64,000 bases of DNA from Candidatus Binatia bacterium (GTDB lineage Bacteria; Desulfobacterota; Binatia; DP-6): NCBI GenBank assembly GCA_046327955.1, contig JAXLXP010000004.1, positions 497,463 through 561,462 of the forward strand. Reading direction: 5' to 3'. The notes beneath the pieces are model-generated. The model searched no databases, had not been told where the DNA came from, and saw nothing but the letters and a program-made list of their open reading frames with translations. The translations under genes and the position numbers were made by a program. Each line of letters begins with the position of its first letter. Positions within the stretch are counted from its first letter, which is position 1. Of this stretch, positions 60,650-64,000 are shown piece after piece.

Positions 60650-61734
60650 ATGGCGAAGCCGAAGGACCTCTACGCCATCCTCGGGGTCGGGAAGACCGCG
60701 ACCGCGGACGAGATCCGCAAGGCGTACCGCAAGCTCGCTCGCCAGCTCCACCCGGACGTCAACCCGGGCAACAAGCAGGCCGAGGAGAAGTTCAAGGACG
60801 TCTCGCTCGCGTACGACGTCCTCACCGACACCGAGAAGCGGCGGCTCTACGACGAGTTCGGGCACGACGGCCTCCAGGCCGGCTTCGACCCGGCCCGGGC
60901 GCGCGCCTACCGGCAGTGGGCCGGCAGCGGCCGCGGCTTCGCCATGGGCGGCGGTCCGGGCGAGGGCTTCGACTTCTCCGGCTTCGAGAATGTCCGCCGC
61001 GGCGGCGGCCGTCGTGGCGCGGAGGGCGGCGGGTTTGCCGACATCCTGAGCGACCTCTTCGGCGGCGGCATGGGCGGCGGCGCCCGCGAGACGCAGGCCC
61101 CGCCCCGCGCCGGCCAGGACATCGAGTCGCCGCTCGAGGTCGACTTCCTGGACGCGCTGCGCGGCACGCAGATGCACGTCACCGTGCGCCGCCCGGGTCC
61201 CTGCGCCGCCTGCGGCGGCAGCGGCCGCCAGGGCCGCCGCGGCTGCCCGGCTTGCAGCGGTGGCGGCACCGTCGAGCAGCGCGAGCGCCTGTCCGTCAAG
61301 ATTCCCGCCGGCGTCGGCGACGGCGCGCGCGTGCGCGTCGCCGGCAAGGGCGGCTTCGGGGGGCCCGGGCGGCCCGGCGGCGATCTCTACTTCGTGATCA
61401 AGGTCCGGCCGCACCCGGCGCTCACCCGCGACGGGAAGGATCTCACCCTCGAGGTGCCGGTCACTGTCCCCGAGGCCATGCGCGGCGGGACGATCACCGT
61501 GCCGACGCCGGCCGGCCGCGTGCAGCTCAAGCTCCCGAAGGGCAGCCAGAGCGGGCAGCGCCTGCGCCTCAAGGGCCGCGGCGTTCCCGACCCGAAGGGC
61601 GGCCAGCCGGGCGATCTCTACGTCCGCCTCATGGTGCAGGTGCCGCCGCCCGGTGGCGACGAGAAGCTCCGCGACGCCGTGGACGCGCTCGAGCAGGCGT
61701 ACAGCGGCGACCCGCGGGCGAACCTGAGCTTCTA

Positions 61735-61735
<1 letters not shown>
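60650..61735 (+). CDS. DnaJ-family co-chaperone with reduced zinc-finger region
   Basis: J domain (DLYAILGV...HPDVNPG). Gly-rich region. Only two CxxCxG repeats (CAACGGSG, CPACSGGG). C-terminal DnaJ beta-domains. Confidence 0.8.
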
Positions 61736-62766
<1,031 letters not shown>

Positions 62767-62802
62767 GGGCGCCCCGGGGCGATCCAGATCGAGCGGCGTG
62801 AC

Positions 62803-63984
62803 GTGACCCGGCCCGCCAAACGCAGTACCATCGCGCCGGTGCCGTTCACGCTCTTCGATACCGCGGTCGGGCCCATGGGGCTCGCGTGGAACGCCGCCGG
62901 CATCAGCGCGATCCAGCTCCCCGAAGCGACCCCCGCGGCGACGCGCGCACGCCTCGGGCAGCGCTGCGACGACGCCGACGTCGAGGCCTCGCCCCCGGCC
63001 TGGGTGCGCGACACGATCGCGCGCGTGCGTGCGCACCTGGACGGCCGGCCGCAGGACCTGACGCCGATTCGCATCGACTGCCGGCGCGTGACCCCGTTCG
63101 CCGCGCGCGTCTACGGGGCGCTGCGCCGCGTGCCGGCCGGCCGCACGGTGTCGTACGGCCGGCTGGCGGCGCTCGCCGGCGCGCCCAGGGCCGCGCGCGC
63201 CATCGGGCGAGCGATGGCCACCAACCCGTTTCCGGTCGTCGTCCCGTGCCATCGGGTCCTCGCCGCGGGCGACAAGGCCGGGGGGTTCTCGGCCTTCGGC
63301 GGGCTGGTGACGAAGGACCGGCTGCTGGCGATCGAGCGTTCGCCCGTCCGCATCGCGAACGCGGCGGCGCCCCCCTTCGACGCCGACGCGGCGGTCCGCC
63401 ACCTGACCGCCGCCGATCCGGTGCTCGGCCGGCACATCGCCCGCGTCGGGCCGTTCGCCCTCGCGCTCAAGCACACGACGGACGTCTTCGGCGCGCTCGC
63501 GGAAGCCGTCATCCACCAGCAGCTCTCGGGGAAGGCGGCCGCCACGATTCACGGGCGGGTCGCCGCGCTCTTTCCGAAGCGCCGCCTCCATCCGCGGGGC
63601 CTACGCACCGTCACCGACGCGGCGCTGCGTGGCGCGGGCCTGTCGCGGGCCAAGCTCGCGAGCCTGCGCGACCTCGCCGAGCACGCCGAAGCCGGTGGCG
63701 TGCCCACGCTGCGCCGCCTGGCGACGATGGACGACGAGGCGATCGTCGAGGCGCTCACCGCCGTCCGCGGCATCGGCCGCTGGACGGTCGAGATGCTGCT
63801 GCTGTTCCGCCTCGGCCGCCCCGACGTGCTGCCGATCGCCGACCTCGGCATCCGCAAGGGGTTTGGCGTGGTCTTCGGCGGCGACGGAGCCCTCCCGGCG
63901 CCGGCCGACGTCAGCCGCCGGGGCGAACGCTGGCGGCCCTACCGGTCGGTCGCGAGCTGGTACCTCTGGCGCGCCTGCGACTGA
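62803..63984 (+). CDS. Fusion of methylated-DNA-protein-cysteine methyltransferase (Ogt) and DNA-3-methyladenine glycosylase II (AlkA, HhH-GPD)
   Basis: N-terminal MGMT (VPCHRVL active-site Cys; YGRLAALAGAPRAARAIG). C-terminal HhH-GPD (LTAVRGIGRWTVEMLLLF, catalytic Asp in PIADLGIRKG). Confidence 0.75.
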   Translation: MTRPAKRSTIAPVPFTLFDTAVGPMGLAWNAAGISAIQLPEATPAATRARLGQRCDDADVEASPPAWVRDTIARVRAHLDGRPQDLTPIRIDCRRVTPFAARVYGALRRVPAGRTVSYGRLAALAGAPRAARAIGRAMATNPFPVVVPCHRVLAAGDKAGGFSAFGGLVTKDRLLAIERSPVRIANAAAPPFDADAAVRHLTAADPVLGRHIARVGPFALALKHTTDVFGALAEAVIHQQLSGKAAATIHGRVAALFPKRRLHPRGLRTVTDAALRGAGLSRAKLASLRDLAEHAEAGGVPTLRRLATMDDEAIVEALTAVRGIGRWTVEMLLLFRLGRPDVLPIADLGIRKGFGVVFGGDGALPAPADVSRRGERWRPYRSVASWYLWRACD

Positions 63985-64000
63985 CGCGCCGCCGATCGGC

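Overview
This 64 kb window is a high-GC (about 70%) chromosomal segment, most likely from a Myxococcota-like or related deltaproteobacterial lineage. Gene density is high and many adjacent genes overlap by 1 or 4 nt (ATGA, TAGTG, TGATG). All protein identifications below are my own homology and motif recognition from the translations; no database search was run.

What the window contains, in order:
- A translationally coupled type II secretion operon: gspF (3' end), gspG, H, I, J, K, L, M, a GspC/PilP-like gene, and the gspD secretin.
- A membrane H+-translocating pyrophosphatase.
- A convergent block on the minus strand: sulfotransferase, HelD-like helicase, B12-binding radical SAM protein, and FmdB zinc ribbon.
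- A plus-strand run of DedA, a ferredoxin fused to an Hsp20-like membrane protein, a degenerate FabH paralog, a canonical FabH, RimI and PyrD.
- A roughly 16 kb glycan biosynthesis locus with a GDP-6-deoxyhexose branch (gmd, reductase, cupin), six glycosyltransferase genes including a GT2-methyltransferase fusion, two tandem TMD-NBD ABC exporter genes, a peptidase, an M6 protease and lipoproteins.
- Housekeeping genes: ppa, class I fba plus glpX, trmL, dtd, lgt, tlpA-like, ctpA, xseA, xseB, ispA, tlyA.
- A diiron oxygenase, luciferase-like oxidoreductase, radical SAM/SPASM and rubrerythrin-like cluster.
- A PadR-regulated MacB-type ABC efflux pair.
- rpoZ, a dnaJ-like gene, an rpoH-like sigma factor, and an ogt-alkA fusion gene.

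No rRNA, tRNA, CRISPR array or obvious mobile element was recognised.

Three conserved genes (gspC-like, a peptidase, ispA) carry single-nucleotide frameshifts that a 1-nt change in a short G or C run would repair. One GT2 gene has no in-frame stop near a 7-G run. Together these suggest homopolymer indel errors in the assembly, or less likely real gene decay, so any gene split here should be treated cautiously.

Many very long ORFs in the six-frame track are out-of-frame or antisense high-GC artefacts and were rejected. My hand-counted internal coordinates may be off by 1 nt in places; where they disagreed I kept the ORF-track coordinates.
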